From Adineta vaga (taxonomy: Eukaryota; Animalia; Rotifera): a stretch of DNA of 64,000 nucleotides. The DNA lies in the NCBI GenBank assembly GCA_021613535.1, contig CP075494.1, positions 11,222,001 through 11,286,000 of the forward strand, written 5' to 3'. The notes beneath the pieces are model-generated. The model did no database searches, was not told where the DNA came from, and saw only the letters and a program-made list of their open reading frames with translations. Below are positions 49,425 through 61,520 of this stretch, one piece after another. Position numbers and translations under genes: made by a program. Every line of letters begins with the position of its first letter. Position 1 is the stretch's first letter.

Positions 49425-51230
49425 TTAAATTCGTTCGACAATATCGTTTAATGTTTTGTCAAATGTTTGTGCAGTTGATTGATGTTCATATGAATGATGA
49501 GGATGTTTAACAGCTAATAATGGTGAATGAGATTTCACAGCCATTCGTGAGATAGTATTGATTTCATGACTGATACGCATAACATATTGACGCATAAAAT
49601 CTTCAAATGTTTCCGGAGAAGAGGAAGAATCGATATGATTATTAAATAAACTAGTCGACGATAAATTCAATGTTGAAGAAATTTTATTATTCGAATGAAT
49701 TTCAAATGCATCACGATGTTTTGTATAAACATCATAAACGAATCGCCAACAATTCTCAATTTCTTCTGCTTTAGGTAAGGAAAGAGTTCCAATACCGATT
49801 TTCATATCTTTACCTATTGATGATGGTCGACAGAGAATTAAATGTATTTTCGGTATTTTGACACCATTTTCATCCGCTCGATAATAGAAACTATAATGAC
49901 GATAATAATAATATATACTGGACGGTTGCGAGAAACCATAAAGAAGACTAAATAAAAATAAGAAGAATAAAAATCTCTTTTTCTTTTTGTTTCTTTCTCA
50001 TACCTAAAGAGATATTCAAAACCATTTCTATGTAAATGATCTTCACTAACAGGTAGAATAATTCGATCAGCTGCAGTTAATGCAATTTCAGTTGCAATAT
50101 TAAATGAGGAATTTGTATCAATAAATGTCATTAATTTTATTCCACGACGTTCACCTATCTTCTGTACAAATATCCGTAAACTTTGAGTAATTGTTCGCCA
50201 TGGATTTGTATATGGACCTATTGAATTTGCACTTCGTTTATAATCCATTGCTTTACCTAATAATTCAAGTGAAGTATCACCACATAAGAGATAAACCTAG
50301 ACGAGAAAAGATAAATAATACAATGCATAGAATATGTTAATGAAATTACATTTCGAGGTAATTGATGATTAAATTTTGAAACATTAAATAGAAAAGTTCG
50401 TGGATCGACTGTTGTTGGTAATCCAACTGATGTAAATAGATCTAAATAACCGGCAATTGTACGTGGTATACGTTGTTGTCCATCGAGTATCATAGGATCT
50501 TTTTTAAGTGAACCAATTTGAGAAACATAATCATGTCCATCTTCATCATCACCTAATATCACATGAAAGAAAGAATATTTTCTACTCATTTGTCTTTTAC
50601 TTTTGATATGAAGTGTATTTTTAATTAATAAAATATAGCATAGAATCAAAATCAAATAGTATTAATTTTTAATATCATCAAACAAGTATTATACACGAGC
50701 ACATTTCTCATTAACAACATTGTTTTTTTTTCGTCTTCTTCGTCCTCCTACTTATTTTGCTAAAGGCTTTCTTTTTGTTAATCAACAATAGTTTTCTTTA
50801 GATTTTTATGGTTATTAGTCAAAGAAAAATATCGAAGATATACAAGATTTAATTGTTCGCTTCAGTCTATTCTTTTTCCTCGTTGACTTACCAAGAAAGG
50901 CATGACTGAGATCAGCTTGTGGACACATATCAATAACAAGAATTGTTTTATCGGGATTTCGATATGCATATTTAATCGCCAAATGATAAGTTAAATTAGT
51001 TTTTCCTGATCCTCCACGATTATTCCATATTGCATAGCTTCCTTCCACTGGCATTTTCTAAATAGATATAAATATCAATAGAATTATTACTGATCCATAG
51101 ATTTTCCGATAAAAATGTTTTTGAAAAAAAAAGCAGCAAACAAAAGAGAAATCAACTAGAGAAACATATTAACGCAAACCTTGCCACCTATTGGTGATGA
51201 AATAGGAGTAGTGAATGTTGTAGAAGCCAT
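49425..51230 (-). CDS. ParA/Soj/MinD-family (deviant Walker A) ATPase-like protein with 4 introns; HGT candidate
   Basis: YAIWNNRGGSGKTNL, LVIDMCPQADLS (A'), VYLLCGD, TFIDTNSSF (Walker B), ALTAADRIILPV; exons about 51180-51230, 50892-51057, 50350-50553, 50003-50297, 49425-49947. Confidence 0.88.
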
Positions 51231-54200
51231 TTTTTGTCTATGTATTGATATTGTCCTTAGTCGACGAGAGTTTGGATGAAAATGATGACAAGTAGTAGCA
51301 ATCGTTGTCTTAATTAACTATTTGTACAATATTATATCCGATCGATAGTGTGCACAACATTGACAGTGACATAGAGAAAACGACATCGGATCTCGATTTC
51401 CATTTTCTTCTCTTGACGATCGTAAAAGAAAACTCAGCGATGACGATGTCTTTATTCGACGCAAGAGAAAGAAGAGTAGAAGAAGAAGAAGAAGAAAAAA
51501 GAGAAAAGAAATCGACCGAAGTGGTCGATTGTCTTTGATTCGCTGTTCTATTCCATCATATTATTTCTAACATATATAACAAAACAAAAAAGAAACCTGG
51601 AACTAGTTTCTCTCATCTGTTCTTTTCTAATGATCTTTTACTCTTTAACATAGTTTCTCTTTCGCATAATACGATGTATTTGTCAATCCTATAGTCATTT
51701 TTTAATACATTCATATGCAAGAGATTCTCAATGGATCTTTTTTTCTTGAAAATGAAATTATATCTGAACAAAAATTCGATTGTCATTTACAGTCCATTTG
51801 AAAATATCGTTTCTATTTTTCTCGTCATCCTCTTTTTATCGTTTTTATCGAAAAAGAATAATTCAATTAATTCTTTCTTTCTTATAATCCAACGCAAGAT
51901 TTAAATGTATTCATTCTTTCATGAATATAGATCTATAGTTAGAGTGACAAAACTCGTTATTTTCATTGAATACAAGTAGACTTGTGAACTAACTTTAATA
52001 TACAATTATGCTAATGATCGTTGACGAGTTCCGAACAAGATTGAACGCGTTTCTTCTTCTTCTTCGTCTTCTTCTTTTTCACAAGTTCAGATGACATTAG
52101 CAAAGAAAAGAATAGACAACAAGGGAATATATCGGATATTGACATGGAAAAAGAAACTATAAATAAAATTCTTTTTACTCTCTCTCTATATATATAAATA
52201 TATATATATTAAAATTAATGATGACATAACAAAACAACGAAATGTAATGATTAACTATGCGCACAGAGAAGAAAATGAAAGAAGAATCTTCATACCTATT
52301 CAGACGAAATCTTTCGTTGACTTGGTTCATGTGACATGGAGAAAATCATATTTAAAAGGACAATTAAAAAATCAATGTGATACTTCCGGTATTGTTGATA
52401 TGCTCGAATTTCCGTTAATGATCATATTAAACTTATCTCCAATAGGAAACAAAGACAAATGAATATTCTTGTTTTACTAATTTTCTCGTTAGCTTTTTCT
52501 GTCTTCTTTACGATCAAATAAATACAAAGAACACAAACTGACAAAAACAATAAATAATCAAGTAATAACGACAATGAGATGAAAAAATAACTCGAATGAG
52601 AATTTCTTTTCCTCTATCCTACTAACAGAAACAAACAGAGCGACTTTTTCTTGTTCTTTTCATTTCTAACTCACATTATATACATTCTCAGCAAGCAAAT
52701 CAATTCCTATGATCGAATAAAGTAATGTGCTTCCTTGTCATTGATGTTGAAACAAAGACCCCTCCATAAGCACAAAAAAAGAAAAACGATCGGTAATGAA
52801 ATACTCCAAACTATACAGAGATCATAGTTTAAAAAGTATTTGACGAGTATACAGTCGTTGTCTATTTACACTAAGATCGTTTTTTTTATTATTTTGAAGC
52901 AAACAAAACTAGAGGACATAAATTTTCTTGACACGAGATATTCTTAGCCTGGTTATCTTCTTTGATAATCTTTCTTTTATAGTTCTTGCTTCTTGTTTTT
53001 CTATTTTTTAATACATTCGCTCTCTGATAACAACAAACAATCAGCACCACTTCTCTTCATTTTTCTCTTTGACACAAACCGATTTTGTCAGTCAATCATC
53101 AATGTTTATACTAACACAAAAAAAAAATCTTTAATATATTTCGAAATGATATTTATTTGATAGATTAAATCTGAGATAATGTTCTAGGAGCAGATCAAGA
53201 AAAACGCAAGCTTCAATTATCACATTCGCTGCACACATTTTCTCAAGACCACTTGATAGAACCATCAATCAGCAAACATCCATATTATTAGAATAGGCAA
53301 AAAAAAAGCGGAGGAATAACGTCAAGCGAAGAAGAGAAAAAAAAACTGTCACAAACTGGAAGTAATTGAAAGAGGAAAATATCGTCGAGAAAAAAACGAA
53401 GTCGATGATTTCTATGATGAACGGAAATGGTTGTCGATAGAACGGTACAAACTCAGGAATGACAATACATCAATGAATTTCTCACATCATTGATGAATCA
53501 ATTGATAAATTATTGAACTTATCTATAGATTAATACTTTCCAACTCATCATTAATAATAGAATTATGACGTTAAATAGAAAGAAAAACCGTACAATATAA
53601 ACGTTGATTTCTATTTGAATAAATGACATTGTTTTTCGATATCGGAAGCCATAAAAAAAGAAAAATGACCTTGATCGACAAATGTCAAATTCATTCACAC
53701 AATGATATGATGTGCTTATTTTTTATATCGTCTTCATCTTTTTTTACTTTACAATCATATAAAATAACAACTCACGATCGAATATGTATTATATTTTTGA
53801 AAATTTTTACTCATTCTCTTTCGGCATTTCCTTATTATTTCTACAGCGAACGAACACATTTTATACCTACGTGTGTTAAAAAAGGAAGAAAGAACTGAAC
53901 GACTCACTATAGTCCCTCGATATGAAATGCTTGTGTTTATTTAAGAACTGCGGTTATTAAATCCCTATTTCTATCAAAACATGATTTTTGTCGAAATGAA
54001 ATTCCCATAGGAAAACATTGAATACATATTCACACATATAACATCAAATTAATCACTTTTAATATCCATACTAGACGCAAAATTTGTTAATAAGAATTTT
54101 GTTTTTTTCAAACATTTGTTGAATTCTTACTTTATTCTTCTCTATCCATAAATTTCATCAACAGAATAATTATTTTATTTTAATATCCTCTGGGATTATA

Positions 54201-54292
54201 TAATGAAGAATGAGGTTTTTCTCAGATCAAATCTCATCATATTGGACGAGGCTTTATTTTTTCCTAGTTACTTCGATATAACAGGAACTTAC

Positions 54293-54415
54293 GTTATTTA
54301 GACACAAAGTTGGATCATGAATCATGATATTTGTTTGACTTTTTCGAAGATCAGCACTTGAATTTGTTTCGAAGATTAAAGATTTCATATCAGTAATCAT
54401 ATCTTTCGATTGCAT
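54293..54415 (-). other. Candidate distal alternative first coding exon of the ParA-like gene (41 codons)
   Basis: MQSKDMITD...TLCLNN ends at a strong AAC|gtaagt phase-0 donor, compatible with the phase-0 acceptor at 51057. Confidence 0.5.
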
Positions 54416-55592
54416 TGTTAATCTAAAAATAACAACAGCAACAACAACAAATTCAGAATTAATCTTAAGCAAACCACATCATGCATATGATTCAATTGGG
54501 AAAAAGACTCGTTCTGAAAAAATTCTATTCTCTTCATTTGTAAAGAAAAAGAAAGAAAAATCGATCATAGTAAGACTGTCCTCTTCCGTTTGTTTGACTA
54601 AATAATCAAGCCGTTTCGATTTGTCTCCAAGCAGTATTTAAGACACGATCGCTTGCACACACATACACACACACACGCGTAGAAAAAAACACTTGGTATT
54701 ATCGAACTAGAAGATCGAATGTATAGGTCGTAATTACTTTGAATATTAGATCTAGAGACGAATAACATACACAATCATTAATAAACTACTCGTTGTAACT
54801 GTCATTATCAGACCAAATGACATTTCCACAAAGAAGAATGTCTGTATATTATGAGTAAAAAAAAAGGAATCTCTCGATGTTTGTTATAATATCTGAAAAT
54901 AGAAAGAGAAATGATTTTTCGTTGTTGTTTGTAATATGGAATTAATATTTGATTGAGCAAATAGAAGAGAAAAATAATAGAGATGGAAATAACGATGGAT
55001 GATGTTTGGATGTTGATTCATCGAAATAGTCGAATGCGATAACAATGTGATGTTTATTGATTACTAGAATTGTCTTGTTTTAGGGTTTTTATTGTTTCAT
55101 TTGTTGAGAGAATGTGAAATGTTATCAATAGGACTATTTTGTCTACTTACACGAATGAACAGTTAGACGATAATGATGTTGCATTCAGTTTTGTTATTAA
55201 GGGGATAGTATTCTAGCCTTCGCTTGTTATACAATGATCATTTGTGCATCTAATATCCTCAGCTATTACATACAATTGCCATTTCGTATTACAAGACGTT
55301 ATTATCATGACTGATAGTAGTGGTAATATACCATGAACAGCTGGCATTTTCTGTTCTAATTCATTAGTATAAGGACGCGTCTAGTATTGATCTAACTTAT
55401 TGAATTGTCAGTTTACATCTTTATCGATTTTCTATTGTATGATTTATTTCATCGTAATGTTATTGTCAGAGCTTTTCGCTATAAAACCTAACATTTTACA
55501 ATATCAATTCTTTTTTTCATATTTTTTCTATTATCAAGAACATGTCTCAATGTATGTATTAATTGATGGTTTTTATTGAAAATAGTATAAAT

Positions 55593-56576
55593 CTATTTCT
55601 CTCTTAAAAAAGCTTGTATTGCATAAATAACTGGGTTTGAATGTTCAATAAGTAACATATGTGTAGCGCCAGGAATAATGGTTAACGAAGAATTTTTGTA
55701 TAATTGATGATAATGATACGCATTATTCACAGGCACTAACGTATCGTTATCACCCCAAATGATTAGAATAGGTATATTTAATGTCGCAATAACTGCAACA
55801 GATTTCAATGAAGCTTCGAAATCAAAATTAGTTACTGTCGAAAATAAAGCGCGTAAATATCCCGGATGTTGTTGCCAACCTGATCGAAATAATCTTTTAT
55901 ATTCTTTGTATTTATCATCATCAGGAAAAGCCCATTGTAAGCGATCTTTTTTCTCATTACCACGTTGCATAATAAACTTGAAAAGCATTGGACCAAGAAG
56001 AGGAATAGATAAGATAAAGAAGAAGATTTTCAGTGGTTTTACCAGACCAAGTCCACCAGAACAACAAAGAATAAGTTTCGACACTTTTGATGGATATAAT
56101 TCAGTAAAACGTTGTATAATTGCTCCACCCATGCTAACACCATATAGATTATATTTTTCATGTGGAAGATCTAATGCATATAATAATTCGGCTAACTGAC
56201 AAACGAAAATATCAATATCCATTGGAACATCAGGAGAATCTGACCAACCACGACCATAAAGATCAAAAACTAAACATGATTGATTATCGTTAACAAGTGC
56301 TTGAAAAATATCTTGCCACATTTCCATCGGTGTTGAATAACCATGAACAAATATATTTAATGGCGTTGCTGAGGCAGATGATGAAGAATGGTAAATATAA
56401 TGAACAGTACCAAATGAAAGTTCAATAAATTGATCACGACCCATTCTTGTTATAGGTATAGTAGAAGTTCGATCATATGAACGTGATAATCGACCACTTT
56501 GAAAAGCAAGACGATCATATAATTTAAAAAATACAATATAAACCACAAGAATCAAAAATAGTACGAGTAGAAACAT
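55593..56576 (-). CDS. Intronless alpha/beta-hydrolase with N-terminal membrane anchor; HGT candidate
   Basis: Hydrophobic N-terminus, FVHGYS, FDLYGRGWSD, GVSMGG nucleophile, IWGDNDTLVP acid, GATH His. Confidence 0.88.
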   Translation of the reverse strand: MFLLVLFLILVVYIVFFKLYDRLAFQSGRLSRSYDRTSTIPITRMGRDQFIELSFGTVHYIYHSSSSASATPLNIFVHGYSTPMEMWQDIFQALVNDNQSCLVFDLYGRGWSDSPDVPMDIDIFVCQLAELLYALDLPHEKYNLYGVSMGGAIIQRFTELYPSKVSKLILCCSGGLGLVKPLKIFFFILSIPLLGPMLFKFIMQRGNEKKDRLQWAFPDDDKYKEYKRLFRSGWQQHPGYLRALFSTVTNFDFEASLKSVAVIATLNIPILIIWGDNDTLVPVNNAYHYHQLYKNSSLTIIPGATHMLLIEHSNPVIYAIQAFLREK

Positions 56577-57020
56577 CTAAAACAATATTTAGTTCAAAGG
56601 TAACTATGATTGCATTCTAACCAAGTTCTAGTCGTAATTCGATTATCAAAACAAACAAATTGAAACATTCAGAGACAAAGAAATGTCATTGACCTTTCAT
56701 TATAATTGGAACAAATGTCAGTTTATTGCTATTTGTATTTTTTTTCGGGGACAGACGAAAACAATAAGTTGGAAATTCAACCTTTGCAGCTAATATACAG
56801 CACCATATGATTATCACAAGAGAAAATGATGAGAGATAAAAGATAAAGTCCATCGTAAACGTAGCGAATAGAAATATTTATCTACAGGTGACTCTCTGTT
56901 GATGTTATAATATTCATTCGCATACAACTATGAAAATGAAATTTATTTATGATAAAAGTCGATCATTATTTGAAATATGTAGTTTTAAAAATGAATAAAT
57001 ATATACAAAAAAATATCATT

Positions 57021-59254
57021 TCAACTATATACTGTTCGATATTCATTTACATACGCATTAATCATTCTTTTTATCCATTTATAATCCGTTTTTTCCGCAT
57101 ATGTTGCCTAAAATCAAACAAAGAAAGTCTCTTCATTTGCAAACTACTAAATACATACTTTCGTAACAACTTTTTTCATTATTTTCTTGTATTGTCTTTT
57201 TGTTATGATGTGTTGTTTGAAGATAGGTTTTAATTCTTGTTTAGCAACGTCAATGATTTGTCTTTGACGTTGGTAACATTGTTTTTTCTGAAATTACATT
57301 TTATAATATCATTCAATCGATGTACCGGAAAAGATTTACATGTTCATTTCTTTCCATCTGTACAGATGATGACGATGATCTTGGATGTTCTATTTCACTT
57401 GTCGAAGGAGCTTAAATAATGAGATAAAAACAATAGATGTTTGGATCGATATTCGAACGAATTCATTACTCGCTTCGTTTTCAATTATTTGATTTATCGT
57501 TGCAGAAATTTTCTTTAATGTATTGATCTCAACGGTACTCAAATTCAACGCTATAAAGAATCATTTCAGATTAAACAAGGTAAAACAATTGAGCTCCTCT
57601 TTTCTTTTTTTACAGTTTGATGATTTATTCGGTGTTTGACAGGCAATTGATTGAGTTTTTTTATCATTGATTAACGCTGCAGAATTTTCACAATCACTGA
57701 CAGATGGGTGTGGGTGATTTTGTTGTAAGAATTGATCGTTTAGTTGTAATGTTAGAGTTAATGATAATGGTTTTTCATTTTGATATTGATTATCTGTAGT
57801 ATTTGAAATTTGTACATCATTTGAATAATTGGAATTTAACCTAAAAGAATAAAAAAGAGTTTTAATTATTAACAAATTGATGATTACATTTTCGAGAGAT
57901 ATTGGATCATTTATTATTCATCCATAGTATCACCTTTAGAAGAATCGATTGACTACAAAGACATCTAGAAAATAAAACAATATTACTGATATACAAATTT
58001 ATTTATCATGATTAATTAAATTATCAAGATTATTTAATAACAAAAATTAAAAAAATTGGCTGGAAAGATTTATGAAAATTGTATTTTGGCTCTAAATAGA
58101 GAAGAACTAGACAAGAATAGATCGGAATTAATAAATTTACCCTTGCATTTGAACGTTTTTTAGAGTATGAAGATTATTTTGTTCATGAAGTAGTTTGTCA
58201 AGAAAGGATACATTAGCTAAACGAGTTGATTTTGGAATGACTACTTTTGGTCGAGATGGCGCATCAACTCGACGTTTCATTCGAGGTAATTGAGCAACTG
58301 ATACTTTCGGTGGAAGATTGTTTAATCGTTTTCGATGACGTTTAAGTTCAGTCATGAATCGTTTTTGACGTAATAAAACAGCAGATCGAGCACAATTTTT
58401 ACTTAAAATTTTATAAAAAAGATTCTGAAAATTAAAAAAAGTTATTTCAAAACTAACTTATGTGTAATAATCGATTGAGAAGTCGAATATTTTGAACTAC
58501 AGCATGGTTTAATAATACGATCTTTTGTTATTCCTAAAAAGAGAGAGATAAATACACACGAGATAATACATCAGTATTTATACCTTTCTGTTGTTTGATT
58601 CCACTTGTTGTCGACAAAATTTTGGTAGACTATACAAAAAGAACTTTCATCTCACTATCAAAAATCATAGTTCAATCAAACCGTTCGATGAAGTTTGAGT
58701 TTTCTTCCATGTGTATGTCCACATGATGGACATATCCATGCTTCTGTATTCGATGAATTCAAACAAAACGGATGATAACTATAATTTCAAACTCAAATCT
58801 TCATTTTCAATATAACAAATAACAACTCACCTATTATTACATTGACTACAACTTAACAGTACATATTCTTCTTCACCATCACCACATGCATTACAAGTAT
58901 TGATGTGTCCATCTATTAATGCTTCTAGTTTTCCATCTTTTGCACTGACCTTAGCGTAAGGTTTTTCACTGAAATAAGATTCCTTTTTAAGAATATATTC
59001 AAACGATTGACGATCAGTTGGGCATGTATTATTTTTCTAAAAAATCGGTGCTAGTTTCTATATATTCAATATAAAACAATCGTTGGCCTTCTCACCGTAG
59101 CCCAATCGAAAAGACAAATAAAACAGAATGAATGCCCACAATTTTCTGGTATTCCAATTTCTTGAGTAGTGAAATCTTTTAAACATATTGGACATTCTTC
59201 GACCGATGATGCCTTTAACGATTGAACCATTTTCACAGATTTTTTTGTCGACAT
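57021..59254 (-). CDS. PHRF1/SCAF11-like protein: RING, PHD and C-terminal SRI-like domain, multi-exon
   Basis: CPICLKDF...CGHSFCFICL...TCPTDRQSF RING; CNACGDG...CSQC...HPFC...WICPSC PHD; C-terminus ELKPIFKQHIITKRQYKKIMKKVVTK...MINAYVNEYR. Confidence 0.85.
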
Positions 59255-59631
59255 TACCGTGATGAAAACAGATTTCGTCAGAAAGTCCAATCACTCTTAA
59301 TCATACATTGGAAATTTAAGGGGAAAAGTATTTTGTATTATATTCGTTTTTCCCTTTGCTCCTTCCGTTTCGTATTGTAGAACACAACAGAACTTATTTT
59401 ACTCAGTTATTTGTAGATACAAACATCAATCCTATTAGTTCTTTCCTTTCGATAGAATGCGTCGCTAAACAACGTCGTTGAATGACATCTACATCAACGA
59501 TGAGAATTCAGTTTTCGAGATAACTTTCTTTTTTTCATGCGCCAAAATAAATTTTCAAATACACTTTATTCTGCTTCTTCTTTTGAATCAAATACTACAA
59601 ACTACTTGAATAAAATCAAAATATCGTTTCG

Positions 59632-59990
59632 TTAATGTTGTTGATTTTTTGGATTTTCTGCTGCTGTACGCCATTGACTAGCCGCTTTTTTAAATGCGTC
59701 TTGGTGTGTCATATTTGGATCAGATGCTTTGAGTCTTAAGTTATAAAGAAAATTGTATGTTAAACTAAACATAGATGATCTTACTGAGAAACAGCATGTT
59801 GAATGTAAAGATTATAACTACTCTTCGTTGCTTTTCGGCCCGAATGATGTGTTTTGCGAGCACCTTTTCGAGCTGTTTTTCTTGGTTGACGATGTTTAGC
59901 AGTACCAGCTCGTTTTCCTCGATGAGTTTTCTTGTGTTTCGTTGAAGCTGATTTGGCACCTTTTGCAGTTCGTTTACGATGTTTAGCCAT
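59632..59990 (-). CDS. 102-aa basic protein: Lys/Arg/His-rich H1/protamine-like tail plus YABBY/HMG-box-like domain; exons 59785-59990 and 59632-59734
   Basis: Removing the 50-nt intron 59735-59784 (gtaag...ttaag) gives SSYNLYIQHAVSQLKASDPNMTHQDAFKKAASQWRTAAENPKNQQH*. Confidence 0.85.
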
Positions 59991-60058
59991 AGTTGTTGTC
60001 AGTGAATGAATTTAAATGGAGCAAATAAAAATAAAATGAGAGTGATAAATAAGTTGAT

Positions 60059-60086
60059 AAACTGAACAAAAGTTGTTTTTATATAA
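60059..60086 (-). promoter_or_regulatory. Candidate TATA box and initiator for the YABBY-like gene
   Basis: Minus strand reads TTATATAAAAA, then TTCAGTT about 20 nt downstream, 70-95 nt before the ATG; AT-rich background weakens the call. Confidence 0.35.
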
Positions 60087-60232
60087 TGAAATGAATTCAA
60101 TTAGTTACCGTATGTATAAGAACAAAAAAAAGCGCGATAGTTAAAGCGCTAAAATGTATTCATATTTGTACCGTTGATAGTAAGTTCTTAGGAGTGAATG
60201 AAACAAGAGTATTAAATCAAATGTAATAATTG

Positions 60233-60970
60233 TTGTAATGATATTCTTCTAAAAGAAGATGCTTACCTCTGCCGTTTTGACTTCAGTCTATTCAACTTTT
60301 CTGATACCATCGAAGTATGACCGTATAATGTATGATGTATGAAAATTCAGTTGAACCTTCCGTGTTAAATCTGGTATTGAATTATGATATTCATCAGGTG
60401 ATTTCCATTCTGGATAATTGAAATCAGTGTGACTTTCTTCAGGATAGTTTTCATTATTTTCAAAATGAATGAATAAAAATCAAAGGAAAATATTGAAGAG
60501 ATATCAACTATGAAATTATTCTTACCGTATTTTCTGCGCTATCATTCAGTTCACTGAAAAAATCTGAAAAGAATACAAAGAAAATTGTGATGATCATCAT
60601 ATGTACTAAACTCATTCGTTTATTACATCTTCCAATTCTGTTTTAGTGAATATTCGGAATAAAAATTTACCATCCTGATCATTTTGAAATGTACCGGAAA
60701 TAATAACAACATATATCCCCAGCGTTGAACGATATCGTTTCGTTACAGAACGATCGATAACATACACACCACTGCTTTCCCTAAATTTTGATTTATCATG
60801 CATTATATCAACGTCATCATGTACCTAAAAGATATTCAATATTAGGAAGAGACAACTTACTTCAGACGCATCAGACCGTGTGATATAAACGGTTCCCGCG
60901 TTCGTCATAGGTAATGATGGTGAATTACGATAACAAATACGAAAATTTTGAAAATTCGAGTAAAAATCAT
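60233..60970 (-). pseudogene. Degenerate calpain fragment (end of catalytic domain plus second half of domain III/C2-like)
   Basis: DDFYSNFQNFRICY resembles the end of the calpain protease core; SGVYVIDRSVTKRYRSTLGIYVVIISGTFQNDQDGKFLFRIFT resembles the domain III C-terminus; no upstream catalytic exons seen. Confidence 0.6.
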
Positions 60971-61520
60971 CGTTTCGACGATATAGCTATTTTTTTATTA
61001 ATATCAACTAAATAGAATACACCGATCCATACTCTCAACGAACGACTATTTTACATTATAGTTATATAATGTAAAGTGCATTCTTTCCTGTTAATCTGAA
61101 GTAATTACGATATAACCACAAGACACAGTCTATATACTATTCATGATGGAAAAGAAACATTATTTGTAGATATATTATTTATTATTGATATAAAAAACCT
61201 GAATAACAATTTGAATAAGAAAAATGACTGTGAATCACACTACAACAAGTACATGTTGTAGTAAAAATCAAGTGTTTTTTGCCCCGTATATATGGAGAAA
61301 TTCAAGTAATCATTCATATGTGCGTCCATATCATCATTCTTCTATTTCTTTTTTGTCTTCGATGTTTACCCTCGAACAGCGCTTTATAATAACACACATA
61401 GACAAATACTTCTGTGATTGATATTTAGTATAAGAGCTGATATTTCGTATTGAAACCGCTCAGTAATCATTCACGAGCAACATACAATTTATTTACACAA
61501 ATCAAGTTCTTAGCAGATAG

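Noticed and set aside
55148-55380. Exon-like minus-strand stretch (TRPYTNELEQKMPAVHG...) ending at a gtaag donor
   Set aside because: It contains an in-frame stop, has no recognisable similarity and no partner exons; too weak to call.
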